Below, piece by piece: positions 45,617 through 53,535 of a stretch of DNA of 64,000 nucleotides. Within the stretch, counting starts at the first letter, position 1; the number at the start of each line of letters is the position of its first letter. Under the pieces are notes generated by a model. The model was not told the DNA's origin. It did not search any database and was given only the letters and a program-made list of their open reading frames with translations. The position numbers and the translations under genes were made by a program. Origin of the DNA: a virus. Where the stretch lies: positions 1-64,000 of the IMG/VR virus record IMGVR_UViG_3300032265_000877. One strand, written 5' to 3'.

Positions 45617-45787
45617 TTACTTACCTTTTTTCTTACGGGCGGCTGCGAGGTTGTCAACCGCATTTGGGTATGGGCGACCAGCGGCTTTGGCTTTAGCACG
45701 GGCTGAGGCCTTCTGGCTCTTGCTTAGTTTACTATGCTTACCCCCGTCAGGGTCCTTCTTATCCCAAAGAGGTTTTTCTTTAGCCAT
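45617..45787 (-). CDS. small basic protein, 56 aa (MAKEKPLWDKKDP...GRPYPNAVDN...)
   Basis: Hand-translated; TAATG coupling. Confidence 0.7.
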   Translation of the reverse strand: MAKEKPLWDKKDPDGGKHSKLSKSQKASARAKAKAAGRPYPNAVDNLAAARKKKGK

Positions 45788-45888
45788 TATTTATCTTTCT
45801 TTGCTTGCTTTGCAGCGCGCTTCTCTTTAAGAGTCATCTTTGGCTCTTTCTTCTGATTTGTATTGCCTTTTTGCTCTTTATTCGCCAT
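45787..45888 (-). CDS. tiny basic peptide, 33 aa (MANKEQKGNTNQKKEPKMTLKEKRAAKQAKKDK)
   Basis: Hand-translated; AAGGA SD. Confidence 0.65.
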   Translation of the reverse strand: MANKEQKGNTNQKKEPKMTLKEKRAAKQAKKDK

Positions 45889-45899
45889 ATTTTTATCCT

Positions 45900-45986
45900 T
45901 TACTTCTTAATTACAATCTTGGTTGACTTCTTAGGTGTTGCCTTAATAGAGATGCTCTCACCTTTTTTAGTCACGCGGATGCTCAT
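45900..45986 (-). CDS. tiny basic peptide, 28 aa (MSIRVTKKGESISIKATPKKSTKIVIKK)
   Basis: Hand-translated; ATGA overlap with the upstream gene. Confidence 0.5.
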   Translation of the reverse strand: MSIRVTKKGESISIKATPKKSTKIVIKK

Positions 45987-46291
45987 GCAGTAGTAACCAT
46001 CAAAGTAGCTACTTTAGGTGTGCCAGATGCGGCAATTGCATAGACTTTCTCTGATGGGCTAAGGCTATCAAGGGTGATAGATGCGCCAGCAGCAAGTGCT
46101 ACGCCATAAGAGGTAGAAGTAACGTTAGATGCGCCTATGTAGACAACAATAGATGCGTCTGTGTTCTGAATAGATACGCTTCCATACTGCCAAACATTAC
46201 GAACCTCTGGGCCAACAGTAACCTCAGGATCATTATTAAGTAGGGTTGCGGTTGAGGCGTTAAGAGTAAAAACCGAGTGTGTGAGTGCCAT
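45983..46291 (-). CDS. small beta-rich structural protein
   Basis: IQNTD...VYIG...V....G..LAAG; AAGGAG SD. Confidence 0.7.
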   Translation of the reverse strand: MALTHSVFTLNASTATLLNNDPEVTVGPEVRNVWQYGSVSIQNTDASIVVYIGASNVTSTSYGVALAAGASITLDSLSPSEKVYAIAASGTPKVATLMVTTA

Positions 46292-46299
46292 GTGGCTCC

Positions 46300-46824
46300 T
46301 TAGTTAGCGTAGCTAGCAAATTGAACGTCGTTCTGCATCTCTTCTGGCATGACCTGAACTAGGTCAACAGTTAGAAGGATGAAGTCCTCACTAATAATAC
46401 CTTCTTGTTGGGACTTATAGGGGCGGAATACTTCGCCTTTCCAGACAACACGGTCGCGATCGCGGGAGTCTGGGTTTGCCATAGTTCCTGGAGCCACTTT
46501 TTCAATATCTAACGCATTAAGGGTTAGGTGGAGGTAGTCAGCGTTATAGAAACCCTGCTGGCTAATCTTGGTATCGCCTTGCTTGATAATGGCCCGAATG
46601 ACCTGAATCTGATAAGGTCCCGTCCACATTTTGCCGCCTGATCCATTGTAGTAAGAGTCGCCCACATCATAGATAGGGTCTACTGCGGTAGCGGTTGGGT
46701 TATAAAGCCACCATTGAGCGTGGGTACCTACAGGGTTAGTAAGGTCATTAGTAATACCTGTAGATATAGATCCGCGCTCAAAATCCGAATTAAACCTGCC
46801 GCCAGGGGTATACGCTCTACTCAT
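46300..46824 (-). CDS. head-tail joining/closure protein
   Basis: DPIYD, RDRVVWKG.VF; position in the structural block. Confidence 0.6.
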   Translation of the reverse strand: MSRAYTPGGRFNSDFERGSISTGITNDLTNPVGTHAQWWLYNPTATAVDPIYDVGDSYYNGSGGKMWTGPYQIQVIRAIIKQGDTKISQQGFYNADYLHLTLNALDIEKVAPGTMANPDSRDRDRVVWKGEVFRPYKSQQEGIISEDFILLTVDLVQVMPEEMQNDVQFASYAN

Positions 46825-46918
46825 AGTATCTACCTTAGTTGGTTGTCACGGCGTTTGAGGCGCCAGAATAAGATGAAGTTCCCTCTTCACTAGCATGCCG
46901 AATACTCATTACGACACC

Positions 46919-47308
46919 TTACTGTTGAGGTAGTTCTACTACCTGCCAATTTAGATCTGCTTCTACCCATCGGTATATTTTGCCATCTGTGGGCATTGGT
47001 GTAGGTGCTTCCCATGTAAAGTTAGTCGTGTTCAATTTCCAAGAAGGATACATGCATGGGTAGTAAAAAACATCGTACTGCTCATCGTAGTAAAACCCTA
47101 TACCAGCGTAGGTATGTCTAAAAGGAGTTCCACCTTCACGAGTACTTATTCCATTTAGTGTGTTGTAAGAAGTACGCTTGCAAACTTGTCCACGAAAATT
47201 TTCATACCAAGTTTCAGGATCTAAACCTTCAATAAGTTCAGTTTCATCTTTCCCAACGATTACCTCTGTAACGAGGTTGTTTTCATCAAGGAATGCGTAA
47301 TGAGCCAT
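46919..47308 (-). CDS. tail-fibre-associated protein (MAHYAFLDENN family)
   Basis: Paralogue of 56198-56635; follows a Gly-rich fibre. Confidence 0.75.
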   Translation of the reverse strand: MAHYAFLDENNLVTEVIVGKDETELIEGLDPETWYENFRGQVCKRTSYNTLNGISTREGGTPFRHTYAGIGFYYDEQYDVFYYPCMYPSWKLNTTNFTWEAPTPMPTDGKIYRWVEADLNWQVVELPQQ

Positions 47309-48795
47309 TAGATAGTCACCGTACCTGTTCCAGCAGTGAATGTGTAGACCTTATTGCCTCCAGTATTGACTGGCCCCGAATAAGTTAGACCACCGCTAAT
47401 AGATGTAATGTTAGAGTAAGTGTTTGGGTAAGAGAGAATGACTACTCCAGAACCTCCATTAGAACCTGCTATGTTTCTAAATGGTCCACTGTAGTAATAT
47501 GAAAAGGCGCCCCCGCCACCTCCGCCCAAGTTTGTTCCTCCAGCAGTACCGCTGCCTGTAGCGTTTGATCCTCCTGTACCACCTCCACCAGATCCACCAG
47601 ATCCACCAGTACCAGTACCACTAGAACCAGTAGTATTGCCACCGCCACCTCCGCCACCTGCATACGTTACAGAAGAGCCTGAGATACTGGAACTTGAACC
47701 ATTTCCACCGCTTCCTGCTGTGTACGTAGTAGTAGTAGTAGCATTGCCACCTACAGCACCTGCACCTCCTCCACCGCCGCCGCCTAAGTAACCTGCACCG
47801 CCATTGTTTCCTTGTCCCGAAGTTCCCGTACCAACAGAAGTGCCATTGTTAGAAGAACCACCTCCAGAACCTCCGCTAAGACCGTAGTTTGTATGAAAAG
47901 TATTAGAGTTTCCATCAGTACCGCCACCGCCGCCGCCACCCGTTGAGGTAATAGATGAGAAGACGCTGTTAGATCCTACAACACCTCGAACTTGCTCATA
48001 TGGATCACCATTTGCCGAGATTCCTCCAGCACCACCAGCACCGACAGTCAGAGTCAAAGGAGTACCGGCAGTCACTGAAAAACTTGAACCCGTTCTCATG
48101 CCACCAGCACCGCCACCAGCACCAGCAGAAGTGTAGTCCGCTATGTTTCCGCCACCGCCGCCACCGCCAGCAACTACAAGATAAGTAACTGGTACAGTAA
48201 AGGAAGATGTGACGGAGTTGCTTGCACTTGAAGCAACAGAAGTTCCCTGTGCATTAGTAGCAGTGACTGTATACGTGTAAGTACCAGCAACAGTTTCGTT
48301 AATTGTGATTGGGCTTGATGTGCCTGTGGCAGTTACAGTAGATGAAGATGTGACTAGGTAACTAGTGATTGTTGATCCACCAGTACCGTTAGCAGTAAAT
48401 GATACAGAAACAACTCCGCTAGTACCTCCAGAGGCTGTACCAATAGTAGGAGCCTGTGGAATTGTTGTTGCTGTAATTGAGTTAGAAGCAGATGATGCAG
48501 GAGAAGTTCCGCGCGAGTTTGCTGCTGTAACTGTAAAGGTGTAAGCAGTGTTGCTTTGAAGACCTGCAACAGTTACTGGGCTAGATGAACCTGTTCCTGT
48601 GTAACCGCCAGGGCTAGAAGTTACTGTAAATGAAGTTGCAACCGCACCTTTTGAAGCAGGGGTAAATGTAACGGTGGCAGCACCATTATTGTAAGCGCGA
48701 GAAGTGCCTACGTTAGTAGCGGTACCAATGGTTGGGGTATTAGGTGCTACGTTCCCCGAAACCTGTGATGTTAAGATTCCTAGGTTTGGCGCCAT
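47308..48795 (-). CDS. FN3-repeat plus glycine-rich tail fibre/adhesin
   Basis: Two P.APTIGTA...YTFTVTA.N..G FN3 units, then YLVVAGGGGGG...GSGVVIL.Y. Confidence 0.85.
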   Translation of the reverse strand: MAPNLGILTSQVSGNVAPNTPTIGTATNVGTSRAYNNGAATVTFTPASKGAVATSFTVTSSPGGYTGTGSSSPVTVAGLQSNTAYTFTVTAANSRGTSPASSASNSITATTIPQAPTIGTASGGTSGVVSVSFTANGTGGSTITSYLVTSSSTVTATGTSSPITINETVAGTYTYTVTATNAQGTSVASSASNSVTSSFTVPVTYLVVAGGGGGGGNIADYTSAGAGGGAGGMRTGSSFSVTAGTPLTLTVGAGGAGGISANGDPYEQVRGVVGSNSVFSSITSTGGGGGGGTDGNSNTFHTNYGLSGGSGGGSSNNGTSVGTGTSGQGNNGGAGYLGGGGGGGAGAVGGNATTTTTYTAGSGGNGSSSSISGSSVTYAGGGGGGGNTTGSSGTGTGGSGGSGGGGTGGSNATGSGTAGGTNLGGGGGGAFSYYYSGPFRNIAGSNGGSGVVILSYPNTYSNITSISGGLTYSGPVNTGGNKVYTFTAGTGTVTI

Positions 48796-49274
48796 TATGC
48801 AACGTCACCTAAAATCGTAAATGTGTTAGAGCCTGTGCAAATAACTGTTGCTGCAGAGTACTGGGCGCGAAGCTTAGGGGCTGCAGTTGTTGCACCTGTT
48901 GAGGTGATTGTGACACCAGATCCCGCAGCAAAGGTAACCTGACCGGCGCCGATCTGTTGGATATCAATAGTCTGTCCTGCGCTGAATACTGAAGGCGGAA
49001 CTGTTACTGTAATCGCGCTTGCATTAGATGCTGTAACAAATGTACGAGCGGCATCAGAGAGGGCAAGTGTGTAAGAGGTGCCTGTTTGAGCGTTAAAAGA
49101 GTTATAGTTATACTGCCAGGCAACGCCGTTAGAAGCGCCTGAGCTAGCTACTAATGTTTGACCATTAGTTCCCACAGATACAGTGGTGGGGGTCTGCGCA
49201 GCAGAGGCGGCAATGAGGTCGCCTTTAGCGGTAAGGGCATCAATTAAGGCTGCCTCGGAACGAGCTGATGTCAT
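48795..49274 (-). CDS. short tail-fibre-related protein
   Basis: TAKGDLI, NAQTGTSYTLALSD, KLRAQYSAAT..GD; paralogous to the C-terminus of 59109-62195. Confidence 0.8.
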   Translation of the reverse strand: MTSARSEAALIDALTAKGDLIAASAAQTPTTVSVGTNGQTLVASSGASNGVAWQYNYNSFNAQTGTSYTLALSDAARTFVTASNASAITVTVPPSVFSAGQTIDIQQIGAGQVTFAAGSGVTITSTGATTAAPKLRAQYSAATVICTGSNTFTILGDVA

Positions 49275-49287
49275 TTACTTACCTCCA

Positions 49288-49512
49288 CTAGAAGATGTCT
49301 CCAAAGACATACCAGGTGTCTGTTGCTATCTTTAAACAAGTAGCTGTTGAGTACTGGGCGCGTAGTTTAGGCGCGCTTGCAGTAGCTGCAGTTGAAGCTA
49401 CAGTTGTGGTACCAGATGTGACCGCCTGAATGGTTGTCTGTCCAGTTCCCGCTTGGATAATAGTAATGGAAGAACCCACAGGAAATCCCGCTGAACTGTT
49501 TGTGGGAATTGA
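49288..49512 (-). pseudogene. orphan 3' remnant of a fibre gene (SIPTNSSAGFPVGSSITIIQ...KLRAQYSTATCLKIATDTWYVFGDIF*)
   Basis: Closely matches the C-terminal ~75 aa of 59109-62195, but has an in-frame TGA just upstream and no SD/start. Confidence 0.7.
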
Positions 49513-49525
49513 GGGAGTTAGACTC

Positions 49526-50245
49526 TTACCGAACCCAAATCATTCCCACATCTGCCGATGAGCGCAGTCCCGCACCTTTCCAACCACCATTTTCCCACGC
49601 AGGCGCGGTCTCTTCAATCCACTTAGGCAGCTCTCTAGCAGTAGTAATTGGGCGATATTCTGTAGGTTCATCGAGATGGTGTTCAATATATTGGAGCGCA
49701 AACTCTGTATAGCCATTGACCATACTCAAGCGCTCCAGCTGCTTAATGTGCTTTGGCACATCCTCTAGCGTCCACTCAAAGCAAAGCTTAGGGGCTTTAC
49801 CTGTGTAGCCTGCAAAGACTAGATCTTCTCCACCCTCAACATCGATCTTGATTAGCTCAGGGGTTCCATACTCGTAGATAAGGTCGTCAAGCTTTACTGT
49901 GGTTGCCTTGATGATTTCGTACTCTTTGCCTTTATATCTGTACAGATCTCCAGTAAGCCACTCCTCATTAAGAGTAGATAACCCATCTTCAACGCACTCA
50001 TAGAAGTCCACAACATCCCCAGTAGTGCTGGAAGCTGCCAAGCGATATGGGATTACTCTAGGGTCATCTTTATAGTTAAAGACTAGTTGATAAAATACTT
50101 TAGGCGCTGGCTCTAGCGCGATTACATTAGTAAAGCCCTTAAGGAAAAGAGCCGCCCAAGTTGCTTCGCCTTTGTTAGCACCGATGTCAAAGAAGACCCG
50201 ACTGCTTATCTCTACTGGTTTATGATGAACTGCGTGCGGGATCAT
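49526..50245 (-). CDS. FkbM-family SAM-dependent methyltransferase
   Basis: FFDIGANKG, ALEP, KLDDL, IKIDVEGGE. Confidence 0.9.
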   Translation of the reverse strand: MIPHAVHHKPVEISSRVFFDIGANKGEATWAALFLKGFTNVIALEPAPKVFYQLVFNYKDDPRVIPYRLAASSTTGDVVDFYECVEDGLSTLNEEWLTGDLYRYKGKEYEIIKATTVKLDDLIYEYGTPELIKIDVEGGEDLVFAGYTGKAPKLCFEWTLEDVPKHIKQLERLSMVNGYTEFALQYIEHHLDEPTEYRPITTARELPKWIEETAPAWENGGWKGAGLRSSADVGMIWVR

Positions 50246-50254
50246 AGGTTCTCC

Positions 50255-50830
50255 TTATACGTGCTTGAGGTTGCTCTTGATGCCTTTTCTATAGGCCTCA
50301 GAGATAGGATAGTTTTCTAATAGATCAGTAAAGAGTTCTTTGCTCTCATCTTTGCGTCCAAGCCACCAACCGCTTACGGCCTTCTCAAAGAGCAGGGCGT
50401 ACTCTCCAGGATACTCAACATCTACAGGTAGAGATTCTTGGCGACCAACGTGGGTAAGGCCAATTTCTGCAAAGGTATAGGCCTCTTGCCAATTACCCAT
50501 GCGCTCGTTGTAGCGCGAAAGGTAGAAGTAACCCTCAGGTCGGTTAGGCATATAAGAGATGGCTTGAAGAATACAAGTTACACTGCTATGACCGCGCCCC
50601 TGTTGTTTATCAAAGCAAAGGGCAATTCTTAACAAAGATGTGTAGACAATGTTTTGATGAGTCTCGTGCCCATACTCAGCCGCACGTAGGTAAAAAGAAA
50701 CCGCCGAGGCCGTCTGATCTATCTTTAGATACTCTTCCCCAATCCAGAAGTTTGTGTTGGGATCAAATGGTTGAAAAGAAGCCTTCTCAATTAAGTCCTT
50801 AATAGAGTTCACTGTTCTCTGCCTCCTCAA
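50255..50830 (-). CDS. TPR-repeat protein
   Basis: SFYLRAAE, QAISYMPNRPEGYF.LS helical repeats of the type found beside glycosyltransferases. Confidence 0.75.
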   Translation of the reverse strand: MRRQRTVNSIKDLIEKASFQPFDPNTNFWIGEEYLKIDQTASAVSFYLRAAEYGHETHQNIVYTSLLRIALCFDKQQGRGHSSVTCILQAISYMPNRPEGYFYLSRYNERMGNWQEAYTFAEIGLTHVGRQESLPVDVEYPGEYALLFEKAVSGWWLGRKDESKELFTDLLENYPISEAYRKGIKSNLKHV

Positions 50831-51806
50831 TCATCTCTTCTACAACGGTCTCTGGCACGCGCAAAACAAAGGCGCAGTTATCTTGGAAGCCAAAGGAGAT
50901 TAGTAGATCTTTGCCTAATACAGCCAATCCAGCAGCAAACTCAATACGCGCATCTAAGAAGGAGAACTCCTCTGGAGATACGCCGATGATATTAAGGTCT
51001 TTATCCCAGACAATAAGGCGGTGGCGGTAGAAACCGTCTTTCTGATTAAGATAGTTTTTGAATAGCCCTACCTCATGGGTTACTGATAGGTAGACATCCC
51101 CATAGGGAACTAGGTGGGATCCGCCACGCTGATCAGATAGCGGTATTCTATTGTACTTTTGAATAACGGCCTCAGACTTAGGCTTAGTTGGATCTGCCTT
51201 TACAATCTCAGTTGGGCTAGTCCACTTAACAAAATGATAAGGCCTATCTAAGATTGGGTACCAGTTCTTCTCACAGTAGGTATCGTCTTTGCCTGGAGCA
51301 GGGATGCGAACGCGCTTAACCTCTTTAGCGCTCCACTTCTTCTTATCAATCTTTAGCTTGGAGTACTCCATACGGCCTTCGCCGTTCTCCTTAGTATCGC
51401 GGCGAACACCGATAGCGTAGTAGTCACCGTCCCACTGGACTAGGCGCGCATCCTCTTGACCTACAAACTCCCAGACCGCGGGAACGTCTAAATCAGAGGT
51501 ATCTATGCGGCAGTAGTCCGTGACATTGAGGTCTTTATCTAGGCGGCATAGGTAGTTAATTGTTACTAAGCGCTGGTCTTTCTCTGGGTGCAAATAGGAG
51601 AGCGGCCCCCAATTAGAAGGAAACTTCTGCATATGCTCAGAGTGGTAGAGGGTGTAGTTTACGTGGCGCAGGATGCAGAGGATATCGCCGTCATCATCTA
51701 TAAAGATAGATGGGTTCATCAACCCGGTGCCCTCAGTCAAACCTTTTTCAATAATAAGTGGGGCTAATTTGCCGCCTTTTTGTACCGAACGTTGCACCAA
51801 ATTCAT
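50799..51806 (-). CDS. five-bladed beta-propeller glyco-enzyme (GH130/GT91/GT108-like)
   Basis: NPSI, EDARL, EKNW.P, RGGS, IEF..GL, SFG.QD motifs; leaderless start at MNLVQ. Confidence 0.7.
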   Translation of the reverse strand: MNLVQRSVQKGGKLAPLIIEKGLTEGTGLMNPSIFIDDDGDILCILRHVNYTLYHSEHMQKFPSNWGPLSYLHPEKDQRLVTINYLCRLDKDLNVTDYCRIDTSDLDVPAVWEFVGQEDARLVQWDGDYYAIGVRRDTKENGEGRMEYSKLKIDKKKWSAKEVKRVRIPAPGKDDTYCEKNWYPILDRPYHFVKWTSPTEIVKADPTKPKSEAVIQKYNRIPLSDQRGGSHLVPYGDVYLSVTHEVGLFKNYLNQKDGFYRHRLIVWDKDLNIIGVSPEEFSFLDARIEFAAGLAVLGKDLLISFGFQDNCAFVLRVPETVVEEMIEEAENSELY

Positions 51807-51875
51807 ACCTGAAGTGTACAACACTGACGTGTACATACCGGGCGTAACTACGCATAGCTCTGCTATTATTACACT

Positions 51876-52214
51876 ATGGAAAAGCGCCCTTGGGGTACCT
51901 ACGAGGTACTAGCAGAAGATGGTTCATATAAGGTTAAGCGCATAATTGTTAAGCCTAACCACCGACTCTCATATCAGACTCATGAGCAGCGCGTTGAGTA
52001 TTGGACTGTTGTTCAAGGTCATGGGGTTATCACACTAGAAGATAAAGAGCAACCAATCAAGGTTGGCGACGCTGTTTACATTGATAAGGGCGACCCACAT
52101 CGTATCCAGAACCTAGGAGAAGCAGACCTAGTATTCATTGAGGTACAACTAGGAGACTACCTAGGCGAAGATGACATCGTTCGTCTAGAGGATGACTACA
52201 ACCGCGCAGACTAA
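51876..52214 (+). CDS. cupin, phosphomannose isomerase type II C-terminal domain
   Basis: RPWG.Y, VKRI.V.P..RLS.Q.H..R.E.W.VV.G, H.I.N, IEVQ.G.YLGEDDIVRLEDDY.R. Confidence 0.9.
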   Translation: MEKRPWGTYEVLAEDGSYKVKRIIVKPNHRLSYQTHEQRVEYWTVVQGHGVITLEDKEQPIKVGDAVYIDKGDPHRIQNLGEADLVFIEVQLGDYLGEDDIVRLEDDYNRAD

Positions 52215-52234
52215 CTCTCTGTGGAGTGTTCCAG

Positions 52235-52387
52235 TCAGGCTTGTGGGGCTTCTAGGCTGGCTAGGTAGGCTTGGTAGTCCGAGTTGGCAGGGTCTGTTGG
52301 GATATAAGTACCATCTGACCTGAGAACTACTTTTGTTGACAAAGCACTGGTCAAATTATCAATAGGTATTTCGTATGTGTATTCCAT
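52235..52387 (-). CDS. small fibre-associated protein, 50 aa (...IPTDPANSDYQAYL...)
   Basis: Hand-translated; paralogue of 53353-53535. Confidence 0.75.
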   Translation of the reverse strand: MEYTYEIPIDNLTSALSTKVVLRSDGTYIPTDPANSDYQAYLASLEAPQA

Positions 52388-53353
52388 TTACAACTCCGCA
52401 CTTGCTGTCAACCCAGAATTGGTTGAAGATTGAAAATAAGACCTTTGACCACTACCACTTGCTGTAAAATTCAAATATGTATAAGAAGGTTGTATTGCAT
52501 TTACACCCAAAGCAGAACCAAATGAATATGTAAATGTACCAACAAGATTTACAGATGGTGTTGTTCGCATTGTCACTGGGAATGGAATTAGTATTGTTGG
52601 GTAGGTTCCCGAAGCGGCAAAGTAATCACCATAAATTGCAGCATTACTATTTACATTTTGCCAGTAGTACCTCTGACACAAGGCTAACTCTCCTTGGAGT
52701 GTGCCTGATGCGGTGGTGAATGGAGTGGCTACGCTACCAACTTCAACCTGAACATTTGCAAATTCAAATTGCGCTCCCGAAACAGTACTGTTTGTGGTAC
52801 CGAATTGAATGGCAAATGATGTTGCCGTGCTTGGAACTGAGAAGGTTATGGATTTTGAAGTCCACGATGAACTGTTTGTAAGAGAAACAGAAGTGATTGT
52901 GGTTGGTGAATTTGCAGGCTTGAGGTTGCCATCCGTTGCCGTGCTATAAACTGCAGAAGCAGACCAAGTGTTTGTAAAATTGACAACATTTCTATACTGG
53001 AATGAAAGCGTTACTGTCTGTCCAGCAAAACGAATCACATCAGTAGTTTCCATATTGTAAAGCACAAAGATATTTGTAGAATTTGCTGAAGATTGAACAA
53101 TTCTTTGGTAATACCTTGCTCCAGTTGGCGCAGTTGATGTTTGCTGAGATGCGACAAATGACTGACCTGAGCCGTAGCCTGATAGATACCAACGGTCTAA
53201 GCCGTATGCATCGGTTCCGCTATAAGTAACGGAACTACCACGCTGCGCGATGGACATATCTCCGTTGATTATGCGATTCTTTCCCGCTACTACTGGAGCC
53301 GCTGCTCCTGCCGAGTTCTGCTCTACCGTACTTGTAAGTTGTGCGCGACTCAT
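52388..53353 (-). CDS. tail-fibre tip / carbohydrate-binding-module protein
   Basis: GKNRIINGDM.IAQRG, DRW, GQTVTLSF, QVEVGSVATPF, ELALCQRYY, ASAEL. Confidence 0.82.
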   Translation of the reverse strand: MSRAQLTSTVEQNSAGAAAPVVAGKNRIINGDMSIAQRGSSVTYSGTDAYGLDRWYLSGYGSGQSFVASQQTSTAPTGARYYQRIVQSSANSTNIFVLYNMETTDVIRFAGQTVTLSFQYRNVVNFTNTWSASAVYSTATDGNLKPANSPTTITSVSLTNSSSWTSKSITFSVPSTATSFAIQFGTTNSTVSGAQFEFANVQVEVGSVATPFTTASGTLQGELALCQRYYWQNVNSNAAIYGDYFAASGTYPTILIPFPVTMRTTPSVNLVGTFTYSFGSALGVNAIQPSYTYLNFTASGSGQRSYFQSSTNSGLTASAEL

Positions 53354-53535
53354 TATTCACCTGCCTGTGGGATAGAAGAGTTGGATGGGAGTGTGTCGCC
53401 ATTGGCTACATATGCCAAGTACGCCTGATAGTCAGAATTGGCTGGGTCTGTAGGAATCCACCAAACTGTGCCGTCAAAATCTGTTTTTTTAATAACTTTT
53501 TCTTGTGATGCGTTTGTGACTATTTCATAATTCAT
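53353..53535 (-). CDS. small fibre-associated protein
   Basis: IPTDPANSDYQAYL motif; follows a CQRY-type fibre. Confidence 0.75.
   Translation of the reverse strand: MNYEIVTNASQEKVIKKTDFDGTVWWIPTDPANSDYQAYLAYVANGDTLPSNSSIPQAGE

Noticed and set aside
45185-45706. 173-aa hydrophobic + strand ORF (also 184-402, 263-622, 10896-11354, 40969-41778)
   Set aside because: These are antisense shadows of Lys-rich or conserved genes on the other strand
52211-52237. TGA read-through or genetic-code change (frame continues LEHSTES* after TGA)
   Set aside because: This is a single case; TGA, TAG and TAA all end conserved genes elsewhere, so the standard code fits
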